From an uncultured Verrucomicrobiae bacterium (GTDB lineage Bacteria; Verrucomicrobiota; Verrucomicrobiia; Palsa-1439): 64,000 nucleotides of DNA. Each line of letters starts with the position of its first letter. The first letter of the stretch is position 1. Positions 44,431 to 54,723 of the stretch are shown piece after piece. The position numbers and the translations under genes are program-made. The notes under the pieces are model-generated. The model had not been told where the DNA came from. It made no database searches and saw only the letters and a program-made list of their open reading frames with translations. Location of the stretch: NCBI GenBank assembly GCA_963812605.1, contig CAWEWF010000003.1:58192-122191 (forward strand). The letters run 5' to 3'.

Positions 44431-44721
44431 TCATGCGCGAGCTTTCCAGTAGAACGGGCGACGATGCAGGTGCATCACTGCTTTGATGAACAGCGTCTCG
44501 CCACGCAGGCTGTAGACAATGGCATATGGAAAGCGATGGAAGTTGAGCTTGCGGTTGTCGCCCTGGATGATACGCCACCGTTGCGGCCGGGCCACTACGC
44601 GTCGCAGTGTGCGCTCGAATTCGTCGAGAAATTGCTCACCTAACCCCGACTGTTGGTGGTCGTACCAGAGGACCGCCGCCTCCAATTCCTCATCGGCTTC
44701 AGGATGGCCGACGACGCGCAT
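44431..44721 (-). CDS. RelE/ParE-family toxin
   Basis: HPEADEELEAAVLWY..GLGEQF..RFPYAIVY..AVMHLHRRPFYW. Confidence 0.9.
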   Translation of the reverse strand: MRVVGHPEADEELEAAVLWYDHQQSGLGEQFLDEFERTLRRVVARPQRWRIIQGDNRKLNFHRFPYAIVYSLRGETLFIKAVMHLHRRPFYWKARA

Positions 44722-44944
44722 GAAGCCTGGCCCGGATGTCCCGAATGGATTCTTCGACGGGACGGCAATCCACCCGGCCTTCCTCGATTTCACGGGAGCG
44801 CCGCTCGATGACTTCCGCCCACTGCTCTTCGGCGTCCGCGTCGTGTTGCGGATCAAGGCTGGCAATGAGTTGACGGGCCAAATACGCCCGGTCTTGCTCC
44901 GGCAGCGCCAGCACTTCAGCGGCCTTTTTGGTCACGATGCTCAT
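44699..44944 (-). CDS. Addiction-module antitoxin
   Basis: VLALPEQDRAYLARQLIASLD..EQWAEVIERR..IEEG; overlaps the toxin start. Confidence 0.9.
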   Translation of the reverse strand: MSIVTKKAAEVLALPEQDRAYLARQLIASLDPQHDADAEEQWAEVIERRSREIEEGRVDCRPVEESIRDIRARLHARRRPS

Positions 44945-45062
44945 GCGCCAATAGTATCGCTGATTTCGAGTGTTCTGGCAAGCGGGCGAATAGCATCAAT
45001 CTCCCGCGCTCACTACCCATTCAGATCTCTCCACCATCAACACCTGCCAGACTATCGACGAA

Positions 45063-45812
45063 TCAATGCAGGCCGCCGGCGATGACCAACGTTTCCCCGG
45101 TGATCCACGCAGCTTCGTCGGAAGCGAAGAAGACCGCGGCGGGCGCAATGTCGTCCGGTTGTCCGATGCGGCCCAGCGGGGTTTCCGCCTCCTGTCGCTT
45201 CTGGAAATCGCTATCGATGAAACCCGCGGCATGGACTCCCTCGGTTTCAACCATGCCGGGATTGATGGCGTTGACCCGGATTTTGCGCGGACCCAATTCC
45301 TTGGCGAGCGATTTCGTTAGCGTATCGACGGCCCCTTTCGTGGCGCTGTAGACCGAGGCGTTTGCCGGTGCCAGGGTGCTGGCAAGCGAACTGATATTGA
45401 CGATACTCCCGCCCGTCGGGCTGAAGTGTTTGACCGCAGCCTGTGAGGTGAGGACCAGGCCCAGCACATTGAGATCGAACTGCTTGTGGAAATGTCCTTC
45501 GGTGACACTTTCAACGGGGGAGAACTCATAGACCCCGGCATTGTTGACCAGGATATCGAGCTTGCCGAACTTCCTCTTCGTCTCGGCGAAAAGCCGATCA
45601 ATGTCCGCCTGCTTCGCAACGTTGGCTTGTACCGCAACGGCATTCCCACCCTTTTTGGCGATCTCGTCAACGACACGGTCCGCCCCTTCTTTGCTGGAGG
45701 CGTAATTGACGACGACCGCCGCGCCCTCGGCGGCCAGATGTTTGGCGATGGCGGCGCCGATCCCCTTGGATGCGCCGGTAACGACCGCAACTTTTCCTTC
45801 AAGTCTTTTCAT
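45063..45812 (-). CDS. Short-chain dehydrogenase/reductase
   Basis: TGASKGIG, NNAG, YSATK, NAINPG. Confidence 0.95.
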   Translation of the reverse strand: MKRLEGKVAVVTGASKGIGAAIAKHLAAEGAAVVVNYASSKEGADRVVDEIAKKGGNAVAVQANVAKQADIDRLFAETKRKFGKLDILVNNAGVYEFSPVESVTEGHFHKQFDLNVLGLVLTSQAAVKHFSPTGGSIVNISSLASTLAPANASVYSATKGAVDTLTKSLAKELGPRKIRVNAINPGMVETEGVHAAGFIDSDFQKRQEAETPLGRIGQPDDIAPAAVFFASDEAAWITGETLVIAGGLH

Positions 45813-46168
45813 GATTTGCTCCTTCCTTACAATTCTCCGTTTCCGGGTGTGATGCTCCCAGTCTGGTTGGCGATTCCGGCAGATCGGCCGCAGGCGCTGG
45901 AGGGTGAATTGGCTTGACAGAAGTGGCGGGTTCGTGGCAATAGCATCGGACTGTAAGCGAGTGAATTCGGGTCGTGCGGAGAGACGACTTGGTGCAGTTG
46001 CGAGCACGTCGATTCTGAATCACCGGCTGCCACGTTTGCACGCAGGTTAAGTTTTCTGGGGTCGGCCTTGCTCTGGTTTTTCTTCTGCACTCGCGCGTCC
46101 TGCCCTATAACCCGGTTTGAAATATCAACACGTGGCGCGCTACGAGCGCGGAAGGGGATTCGTGCAGC

Positions 46169-47350
46169 ATGAGAACTCGTACATCATTTCATGTGGGGGA
46201 AGTCACCAAATGCCAGGGCGTAACGAGGAGAAACACCAACGTATGGCTGGCAAGCCTGCTCATCGTTGCTGGCTCGGCGCGGCTGGCGATGGCCATCGGG
46301 CCGCAATACCAGACCATTGGCGATCCGCCCCCCGCCGGAACTCTTAACGACGTGGTTTTTCTCGACGGCGCCACGGCCTCTGGTACCGGCTCAGTGATCG
46401 GCGAGTCGACCCCTGACGCAAATGGCAACGTTGATTTGGCTATTCTTACCGCCGATCATGTCGCCTCCGCCGTTGCTGGTGGGACATGTAATTTCGGGTC
46501 TGACGCGACTAACGCGCCGCTGTTGACTCTCCCTTTGTCCGCTACTTACAAGAGCTTCAAGCTCGTGGACGCTGTGAATAATCCGCTTGGGCTGCGCGAG
46601 GATCTCGCGATCATGCTGGTACCGAATGTCGCTCCCAACCCGCTTTTCGCGCCCGCCAACAATTTTCTTCTCGCGCCTTTTGCTGCCGCGCCACCGGCCG
46701 CCAACAAAACAAATGTGGTGAGCCAGAAGTTCACGGAACTAGGGTACGGCTTCGGGGGAACCTACAACCCGGCAACGGCAACGTATATCAGCGACAATGC
46801 CCCAGGAACCCGCAGGTTCCAGAACAACACCGTGACGAAAATTTTTGGCAATGCGAGCGACGGCACCTATTTCAACCCGCTGGTCAACTGGCAGAACTTG
46901 GCCCCGTCGGCGGCGGGCGGTGGGGCTTCGTTCGGAGGGGATTCTGGAGGCCCGTACCTCACCGGGGGAGCCAGCGCTGCCCTTAATGCCACTTGGGTGA
47001 CTAACACCCCCAGCTTCAACGGTGCCGCCAACCCCCCCCTCGATACAAACACCGCCATTAGCATAAACCTCAGCTATACGGATTACGAGTCGGCGGTGCA
47101 TGTGTCTGGAGACCCCGGCGCCAAGGTGGTGGATGGGACGACGGGCGGATATGGCATCCCACTTGTCCAAACCGGCGATTTGACGACGGGAACGTATGAT
47201 TGGGCTGAGTTTTACGCGAATAACCCAATAATGATCCCCGAGCCCGCTTCCTTCGTGCTCGTGGCTTTGGGCGGCTTTTCGCTCTTGTTGCTCGGGTACC
47301 GACGGCGACAGACCCTGGAAGGGGTCGGTCCTAAAAAAGTTACATCGTGA
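46169..47350 (+). CDS. PEP-CTERM-anchored trypsin-like serine protease
   Basis: ILTADHV (His), REDLAIM (Asp), GDSGGP (Ser); C-terminal IPEPAS-TM-RRR. Confidence 0.85.
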   Translation: MRTRTSFHVGEVTKCQGVTRRNTNVWLASLLIVAGSARLAMAIGPQYQTIGDPPPAGTLNDVVFLDGATASGTGSVIGESTPDANGNVDLAILTADHVASAVAGGTCNFGSDATNAPLLTLPLSATYKSFKLVDAVNNPLGLREDLAIMLVPNVAPNPLFAPANNFLLAPFAAAPPAANKTNVVSQKFTELGYGFGGTYNPATATYISDNAPGTRRFQNNTVTKIFGNASDGTYFNPLVNWQNLAPSAAGGGASFGGDSGGPYLTGGASAALNATWVTNTPSFNGAANPPLDTNTAISINLSYTDYESAVHVSGDPGAKVVDGTTGGYGIPLVQTGDLTTGTYDWAEFYANNPIMIPEPASFVLVALGGFSLLLLGYRRRQTLEGVGPKKVTS

Positions 47351-47635
47351 GTGTCTGGGCGGTGAGCGAACATTGCCAGGCGGACGGTGTTTATGGGTGG
47401 CGATTTGCGAGGTTGACTCTTGACAGAAATGGGTCGAAACCCGTCAAAGGCGGTGCCAGAATTAGGGTCTGATCTTCACTGAACAGGTCAACGCCAGACC
47501 CCCGACGTCACGTTCAACACTCACCGATTTGCGCCGCGCCAAAGTCATCTGGAAGAGGAGTGGATCGTAAGCCGTGAGCCTTGCCAAACGGCAATACGGT
47601 TGACAAATGTTTGGACGCGGCGGAAGAGTAATGGC

Positions 47636-49064
47636 ATGGGATGCAGGTTTCTCCTGGTGGTCACGCTGCTTCTGTTCGGTTTGGCCTTGCCGTCACGTGC
47701 TGCGAGCCCACAGCGGATTGGTCATACAACTCTTGTGCCGCGACACACCAGCCCCGATGACAAAGGGATGTACACGGCCTTCATCGATCCGACCAACGGT
47801 TATGCATATTTCGTGGGCAATTACCTGTTCAAGCTCGATATCACGGGGGATTTGCCCGTGCAGGTTGGCCCGTCTGTCTTTGCGGGACAATTCACCGAAA
47901 GTGCGATCGACCCAGCGGCCGGGTATGCGTATGGAGCCAAGATATCTTTGAGCCGGTATGCGCTGGGAGTGGGAACCAATCCCGTCAGCAGCGCCGGTTC
48001 GATCTCATTGGCTGCTGGCAATGCCGCTTCCATCGTCATTGACGACTCGGACCCCAATCCGTCCAATCATTATGCGTACGTTCTTTGCACGGTTTCGGGG
48101 AATCCCGCGAGGGTGGCGAAAGTGGCGCTCTCCACGTTTACGGAACTCGGCTCCGTGACCCTCAACACCAACGAGACGAACTTTGTGTACGGTCGCGTGG
48201 ACGCGCAAAAGGGTTATGCCTATTTTGCGAGCGTACCCAGTTTCAATTCCCCCACCATCCCGCAAGTCATCAAGATCAAGTTGACGCCCGGCACCAATCT
48301 CGCCGGTGCGCATCGGCGCCGTCAATCTGGACACGGTGGGCGATAATCTTGATGGCGCTTCCATCGACACATTGCATGGGTATGCCTATTATGGGACCTA
48401 TGACTCCGATACCAATCTTCCGGGTAAAGTCTATAAGGTGAAATTGGAAGATGGGGACGTGCCGCCGACGCTGGTCGGCCGGGTCAATCTCCAGCCCGGC
48501 GAGGGTCGACTGGCCGCCTCTGTCATTGACCCGCTGGGCGGATATGTCTATTTCGCCGACGATAACACCTATCCCGGCAGGGTTTATCAGATTGGTCTCA
48601 ATGGGACAAATCCGCCGGTGGAAATCGGTTATTTACAATTGCAAGGCGGCACCAGCAGCACGAATCCGCCCAACGGCGTGACCACTGACAACTCGACAAC
48701 CAACGCCGACGGCATCCTTCCCTTTGGCGAGGTTTTCTTTCGCTCAGCGGTCTTTGACCCCATACGCGGCTTCGCCTATCTCGGACAAGACAGCCGGCCG
48801 AATCAGGTGGTCAAGATTCAACTGGAGCGGGATGTGGCGGTGATCACCAGTGCGGCAAAGCTGACGGACGGCTCGTTCCAACTGGTTTACACGAATATAC
48901 CCTACGGGACCAATACGGTCTTGGCCTCCACGGACATGACCGTCCCGTTGACCAATTGGACGGCGCTCGGCAGCGGCGTGGAGGTTTCGCCCGGCCAGTT
49001 TCAATTCATTGATCTTCAAGCGACGAATCTCCCACAGCGTTTCTACCGCATTACTTCGCCGTAA
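47636..49064 (+). CDS. Secreted beta-propeller-like protein, one frameshift near 48300
   Basis: Signal peptide; repeated IDPxxGYAYF units; C-terminal TNWTALG..FQFID..QRFYRI domain. Confidence 0.75.
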
Positions 49065-49408
49065 TCTCCGGGAAACTTTTCGGCAACCCTCTCCTTGGTC
49101 TTGCACGAGGGAGTAAAACTTTCGCGAGGTGATGGTAACCGACGCTCCTTATAAAATAAGTGAAATGAAACCAATTTTCTTCTTGCAATAACGGTTCTAC
49201 TTCGGGTAGAACACTGAGCCGTCTGGAGGCAGTAGGAGAATTCGGTGAAGCGAGCACCTAACTCTCAGTGGCGAGGCAGTCTTTGGCGTTATCGACACCT
49301 TTTTGTCGGAGCCAGCGGTTTGCACTCATCCGAAGTAACCTACAGGGATCAACCACCAAACCAACATACCTCTCGTGTCCTCCACGAGATTAAAGGGGAT
49401 CGTTAACC

Positions 49409-50782
49409 ATGAGCCACGCGAATCGTTATTCGGCATTCGTTTTTGTCAGTACTATTATCGCTTCACTAGCGCTAATCACCGCGCCGGCCCACGCTATCGG
49501 CGTGAGCTTCAGCCAGGTTACTTGGGGGGACGGCAACGGCGGTTACGAGGACCAGAACTCCCAATACGGACAGGCGACCATCGGCCTTTCGGGCACTGAC
49601 GCCCCCTCACTCACACCGGACGGAGCAGGCGGGTTCTATGGTTACGTGAACATCGTCACTTCGGTAGGCGGCGGCAGCAACAACAACTGGGCCATCCAGA
49701 ATATGCTCGTCGACTTTAACAGCCTCAGCGATCTCAACGGCGGCCAGGGGGCAACGACAGTCAACTTCGACCTCGGCCAGACGGACGGCACGGCCGTCAG
49801 CAGCCTGAACTATTCACTCACGCTTAGCGGCGCCCCATTGGGCCTCGAACCAAGCGATCCGGTGACGAACAGCGCCACGGTGACTCACACCCCCAGGTGA
49901 ACGGGACGACGACTGACGTGACCATAGCTGGCGACGAATCGGAAGAACCAGCGGCGGATTTCGTCGGCGCAGGGGCTAACACGGGGCCTTCCCGAGGCGC
50001 CTCCGGCTCTATCGCTACCAACGAAACCAGCATCCCGAAAGTTAGTGAATCGCTCAACGGATGCGCCCCGGGGTCAGCCGCCCGGTCGCTGGCGTATCTC
50101 GCCCAGATCGGCGCGATCTAACCTCACCAACTCGGCACAGTCGATCTACGCCGGCCTGACCAACTCGATGGGTGTTGTCCCTGGCATGGGGACGGAAACG
50201 ATGAGTGGCACGAACAGCCAGTTCGCTCGCGGCAAGAACTCATATGTCATGTCGAATGGCTTGAACGTCGCGTCGACCCAGTTCACCAATACCCCACTGT
50301 TTTCCGGCTATTTTGGCCTGGGCACGAATAGCGGCAGCTTTGCCGGCGCGATTAGCACGTTGAGGTCCAATGGTAACGTCGAGGTTTATCTCAGTTGGGG
50401 CCAAACCTTTATCCGCACGAACGGCCCCGGCGGCCCCGCTCTCGGGACGAATTTCATCAATGGCGCGCATCAGGCTTTCGTCACCGACATCATCCCCAAT
50501 ACCAACGCCGCGGGTATGATCGTCTCGTATACCATCCGGTACATCGATGATCACGAGCAGAATGGCATGGGCACAAACTTCTTTAACGAGACTACGATCC
50601 TTCCCAATGGCCAGGATGCTTCGACAACAAATACGACAACATCGTACGCGGGCGTCATCGGTTTCTTCATGGAAAACGTGACGCAGGTGCCGGAACCTTC
50701 GACAATCGCGTTGGCAATGTTAGGATTCACTGCCGTCGCATTGTCACGGATCCGGCGGCCGCGCGGGCCCAAACAGTCGTGA
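49409..50782 (+). CDS. PEP-CTERM protein with possible papain/C39-like Cys-His pair, frameshifted
   Basis: Signal peptide; ESLNGCAPGSAARSLAYL and GAHQAFV; C-terminal VPEPST-TM-RIRR; three frames. Confidence 0.75.
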
Positions 50783-50807
50783 GTTGACTGTCAAGTGCTT
50801 CCAAGCA

Positions 50808-50846
50808 GTCGCAGGCGGGAAACCCGTCTGCGACTGCTGCTTTTTA
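50808..50846 (+). terminator. Intrinsic terminator-like hairpin
   Basis: GTCGCAGGCGGG-AAA-CCCGTCTGCGAC followed by a T-rich tail, after the PEP-CTERM gene. Confidence 0.6.
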
Positions 50847-50968
50847 GAGCGTTATCGGCTGGTGCGGAATGCTCTTTTCCAGCGCGACGGATTTCTTCGG
50901 CTTGCTTGCCGCTTCCGGTCTTGGTATCCTTGACCTGGCAACGGAATGTGCCTTCAGGAATCTTGTTC

Positions 50969-51442
50969 ATGAAACTGGGCCTTATATTACAGGCGGTGAT
51001 TTGCGCGCTGTTATTCTCCCCGCCGGTCCATGCCCAGATTGTGAAGCCTCTCGATCGCACGAAGCAGGCGGATGTAAATGACAAAACGCTCAGCTTCGGC
51101 GATGTGCCGTTGAACACGCTCTCGCAGCCGACGAGCGATTTGCCGGGTTCGCCGCTCTCAAAGGGCGAGTTGAAGTTTCAGGATGTCGGTCAGAAAAATG
51201 CGGATCTCAAGACGCTGGAAATGCCCACGGTTTCGACGCCGAGCCTGCCCCGGTCGAATTTCACCACCCGGCGCGCCGAGGCTGACGTGCCGAGCGATGA
51301 GACCAACAAGAAGCAGGCGGAGCAGGCCAGGAAGAAGGCGCAAATCAACGAACGCCAAATCCGTCCATTCACTCCGGCCGGTGAGGAAGAATTGAAACGC
51401 CAACTGAACGAGCCGCCCTTGAACGCGCAGGATCACCATTAG
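50969..51442 (+). CDS. Hypothetical exported protein
   Basis: Signal peptide MKLGLILQAVICALLFSPPVHA. Confidence 0.7.
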   Translation: MKLGLILQAVICALLFSPPVHAQIVKPLDRTKQADVNDKTLSFGDVPLNTLSQPTSDLPGSPLSKGELKFQDVGQKNADLKTLEMPTVSTPSLPRSNFTTRRAEADVPSDETNKKQAEQARKKAQINERQIRPFTPAGEEELKRQLNEPPLNAQDHH

Positions 51443-51456
51443 TGGCGTATTGGGCC

Positions 51457-51852
51457 ATGACCAGGACTTTTGAAAACGCCAGGCAAATCCGGTCCCTCCC
51501 GTTTCTCCTGCTGTTGGTGATTTCGCTGGCGATCTCTTGCGCGACGACAATGCGCGCGCCGCAGGGCTTTCTGGGTTCGCGCGACGCTTCGCTAAACCAA
51601 TGGCTGGACGCGCGCTTGAATGTCGATTTTGCGGACGTGCGCGTCATGCACCTGCCGTTGACCGACGCCTTCGCGGGGATGAAGATGGCGATTACCAAGG
51701 CGGATGCTCCCGTCGAATCGCTGCGAGTTTCCTTGCACGCGGACGATGTCACACGCCGCCAGGCGTTGTGGTTGCTAACGCAGAAGTACGAGTTGCAGAT
51801 GGCGGTCGAGAACGTCCCCGGACACCCTTCCTACATCAGCATCTCGAAGTAG
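51457..51852 (+). CDS. Putative lipoprotein (STN-like small domain)
   Basis: Lipobox-like LAISC; VSLHADDVTRRQALWLL. Confidence 0.65.
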   Translation: MTRTFENARQIRSLPFLLLLVISLAISCATTMRAPQGFLGSRDASLNQWLDARLNVDFADVRVMHLPLTDAFAGMKMAITKADAPVESLRVSLHADDVTRRQALWLLTQKYELQMAVENVPGHPSYISISK

Positions 51853-51895
51853 AAAACTTGTTTCGCGCGCGCGGGTCTGTTATCTCCTTCGCACC

Positions 51896-52789
51896 ATGCT
51901 GCCAGCGCTGCTGACGACCCTGCTTTGGTCCGTTTCTGTTGTCTGCGCCACGCGATCCACGCAATATTTGGGCAGCGCGGTGGCCAATCTCACGCGATTG
52001 TGCCTCGCTACCGTCCTGCTCGCGTTGTGGGCGCACGGGTTCGGGAAGGGACTCGGCGGCGCGGGACTCTGGTTCTTTGTTCTCAGCGGCTTCGTCGGGT
52101 TTGGATTGGGCGACCTCGCTTTGTACGAGGCGCTGCCGCGCATTGGCTCGCGTCTGACGCTGCTGCTCATGCAATGCCTCGCCGCGCCCATCGGCGCGTT
52201 GGTCGAATGGCTCTGGCTGGGGACGACGCTCAGTGTGGCGCAGTGTGTCGCGGGCCTCATTATATTGGCTGGTATCGCCGTCGCGCTCGCGCCCGTAAAG
52301 CATGCGGATTTCGACCGCAAACATCTGTTCAGCGGGATATTCTTTGGCGTGCTCGCGGCCGTCGGGCAGGGCGGTGGCGCGGTGCTGAGCCGCAAGGCGT
52401 TTCAAGTGGCGGCCCTGGCCGGCCAGAGTATCGATGGTGGCACGGCGGCCTATCAGCGCATCCTTGGCGGTATCGGCGTTGCGGCGGTTTACTTGTTCTG
52501 GTTGCGGGGACGCGACCGTCCGACAATTCTCGCCAGTCGCGCCGAATGGCGCAAAGCGTGGCCGTGGGTGCTGGTGAACACGCTGGGCGGGCCCGTTCTC
52601 GGTGTGGGTTGCTATCAATGGGCCTTGTCGACGACGCCGAGCGCCATCGTGTTGCCGATCGTCGCCACGTTGCCCCTGGCGGTGATTCCATTTGCCTGGG
52701 GGTTCGAGGGCGACCAGCCCGGCGGACGATCCGTCATCGGCGGCGTCATCGCGGTGGTTGGCGTGATCGCGCTGATCCGCGTGCGCTGA
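51896..52789 (+). CDS. DMT/EamA-family transporter
   Basis: About ten TM helices; LSGFVGFGLGD..ALPRIGSR. Confidence 0.9.
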   Translation: MLPALLTTLLWSVSVVCATRSTQYLGSAVANLTRLCLATVLLALWAHGFGKGLGGAGLWFFVLSGFVGFGLGDLALYEALPRIGSRLTLLLMQCLAAPIGALVEWLWLGTTLSVAQCVAGLIILAGIAVALAPVKHADFDRKHLFSGIFFGVLAAVGQGGGAVLSRKAFQVAALAGQSIDGGTAAYQRILGGIGVAAVYLFWLRGRDRPTILASRAEWRKAWPWVLVNTLGGPVLGVGCYQWALSTTPSAIVLPIVATLPLAVIPFAWGFEGDQPGGRSVIGGVIAVVGVIALIRVR

Positions 52790-52836
52790 AACTTGGCGCG
52801 GCAATTCCTGCGGGCGTGTGCTAGAATCCGGCAACG

Positions 52837-53559
52837 ATGCAGGAATTGATCGTCCAGATTCGTGACCTGACAAAGGTATACGGGCACGGCGAGATCGAGG
52901 TGCTGGCGCTGGATCACGTCGACCTCGACATCGCGACGGGCGAATTTTTGGCATTGATGGGACCGAGCGGCTCGGGCAAGAGCACCCTGTTGCACATTCT
53001 TGCGGGGATCGACCGTCCCACCAGCGGCCAGTGCTTGGTGCAGGGCACGAACGTGGCCGAACTCGGTGAAACCGACCTGGCCGATTGGCGCAACACGCAC
53101 GTCGGATTTGTTTTCCAGACGTTTAATCTCATCCCCGTGCTGACCGCTTTCGAGAACGTGGAACTTCCACTGTTGCTAACGGCGCTCAGTGCCGGCGAAC
53201 GGCGCAAGCATGTCGCCGCGGCCCTCGAATTGGTCGGCTTGGCCGACCGCACGAAACATTTGCCGCGACAGTTGTCCGGCGGGCAGGAGCAACGTGTCGC
53301 CATCGCCCGCGCGCTGGTGACGGACCCAACGCTGCTGGTGGCGGACGAACCGACCGGCAATCTCGATGCCCATGCCGCCGCGGACGTGTTGGGATTGCTG
53401 CAGCAGCTCAACCAAGACGCGGGCAAGACGGTCATCATGGTGACCCATGATCCAAAGGCCGCGTCCTACGCCCGCCGGGTCGTGCATCTGGAAAAGGGCG
53501 AGCTGCTGAATGAAGAAGGGCAGACGCAACGCAACCTCTCGATGGGATTTGCAAAATAG
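52837..53559 (+). CDS. ABC transporter ATP-binding protein (LolD/MacB-like)
   Basis: [36 protein letters not shown]. Confidence 0.95.
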   Translation: MQELIVQIRDLTKVYGHGEIEVLALDHVDLDIATGEFLALMGPSGSGKSTLLHILAGIDRPTSGQCLVQGTNVAELGETDLADWRNTHVGFVFQTFNLIPVLTAFENVELPLLLTALSAGERRKHVAAALELVGLADRTKHLPRQLSGGQEQRVAIARALVTDPTLLVADEPTGNLDAHAAADVLGLLQQLNQDAGKTVIMVTHDPKAASYARRVVHLEKGELLNEEGQTQRNLSMGFAK

Positions 53560-53571
53560 AATTCTTTTGCC

Positions 53572-54720
53572 GTGACGATCTCCGGTTTTATTGTCCGAAA
53601 CGCGTTTCGCAACAAGCGACGGCTGGCGCTTACGGTGCTAAGCGTTGCTGTTTCGCTGTTTCTGTTTACGATCTTGCAGACGGTGTTGCGCCTGATGACG
53701 AAACCACCGACGACGGAACAGGCGGCGCTGCGAATCGTGACCCGCCACCGCGTCTCGCTGGCCAACGTGCTGCCCGAGAGATACCAGCTCCGCATCGAGC
53801 GTATGCCCGGGGTCCAGTATTGCTCGAAGTTCACGTGGTTCGCCGGCATCTACAAAGATCCCAGCTTTAGCAATTTCGCGCAGTTTGCCGTGGATGCGGA
53901 CCGGATTTTCAAGATCTTCTCGGAGATGGCCGTCGCGCCGCAAGAAGAGGCCGATTTCATCAAGGAGAAATCGTCGTGTGTCGTGGGCGCCAAGCTGATG
54001 GAGCGTTTCGGCTGGAAAATCGGGGACAAGGTCACGTTACAGGGCACGATTTGGCCGTGCAATCCCGAGTTGACCATCCGCGGCGTGTATCATGCTCGCG
54101 GCATCGATGAAACGATCATGTTCTTCCATCATGATTACTTCAACCAGTTGATGAATGACCGCGGACTGACCGGCACCTTTTGGATCAAGGCGACGAGCGC
54201 GGAAGTGATTCCGGATTTAATGGCCCGCATTGATGCCGCGTTTCGCAACACCGACGCGGAGACGAAGACCGAAACCGAGCGGTCCTTCCAGCTAACCTTC
54301 ATGTCGATGCTGGGCAATGTAAAATTATTCCTCGGCGCGATCTCCACCGTGATTGTTTTCACGATGCTGTTGGTGACGGCCAGCACCATGAGCATGGCCA
54401 TCCGCGAGCGGGCGCGGGAGATCGCCATCCTCAAGGCGCTCGGGTTCAATGCGCTGGATGTCTTCGGCCTGATTTTGGCGGAATCGTTTGGCCTGGCGAT
54501 GGCGGGCGGCCTGATTGGGTGTTTCGGCACCAAGTTTTTGTTTTCACACGTCGACATCTACAAGCTGTCCCAGGGAAACGTCCCTTTGTTCCCCGTGAGT
54601 GGCGATACCCTGGCGCTCGGCCTGGTCGTGGCCGCCATCCTGGGGTTGGCCAGCAGCCTGGCACCGGCCTACACCAGCCACAAAATGTCCGTGGTGGAGG
54701 GATTGCAGGAACTGGACTGA
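53572..54720 (+). CDS. ABC transporter permease (MacB/FtsX-like)
   Basis: RNAFRNKRRLALT; RERAREIAILKALGF; four-TM layout. Confidence 0.92.
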   Translation: MTISGFIVRNAFRNKRRLALTVLSVAVSLFLFTILQTVLRLMTKPPTTEQAALRIVTRHRVSLANVLPERYQLRIERMPGVQYCSKFTWFAGIYKDPSFSNFAQFAVDADRIFKIFSEMAVAPQEEADFIKEKSSCVVGAKLMERFGWKIGDKVTLQGTIWPCNPELTIRGVYHARGIDETIMFFHHDYFNQLMNDRGLTGTFWIKATSAEVIPDLMARIDAAFRNTDAETKTETERSFQLTFMSMLGNVKLFLGAISTVIVFTMLLVTASTMSMAIRERAREIAILKALGFNALDVFGLILAESFGLAMAGGLIGCFGTKFLFSHVDIYKLSQGNVPLFPVSGDTLALGLVVAAILGLASSLAPAYTSHKMSVVEGLQELD

Positions 54721-54723
54721 GCC

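Noticed and set aside
49220-49272. Glycine riboswitch
   Set aside because: It has fragments (CTGGAG, GAAG.GAGCA, AACTCTCAG) but lacks the GGAGA..CCGAAG core and CTCAGG end, and the downstream gene is unrelated to glycine metabolism.
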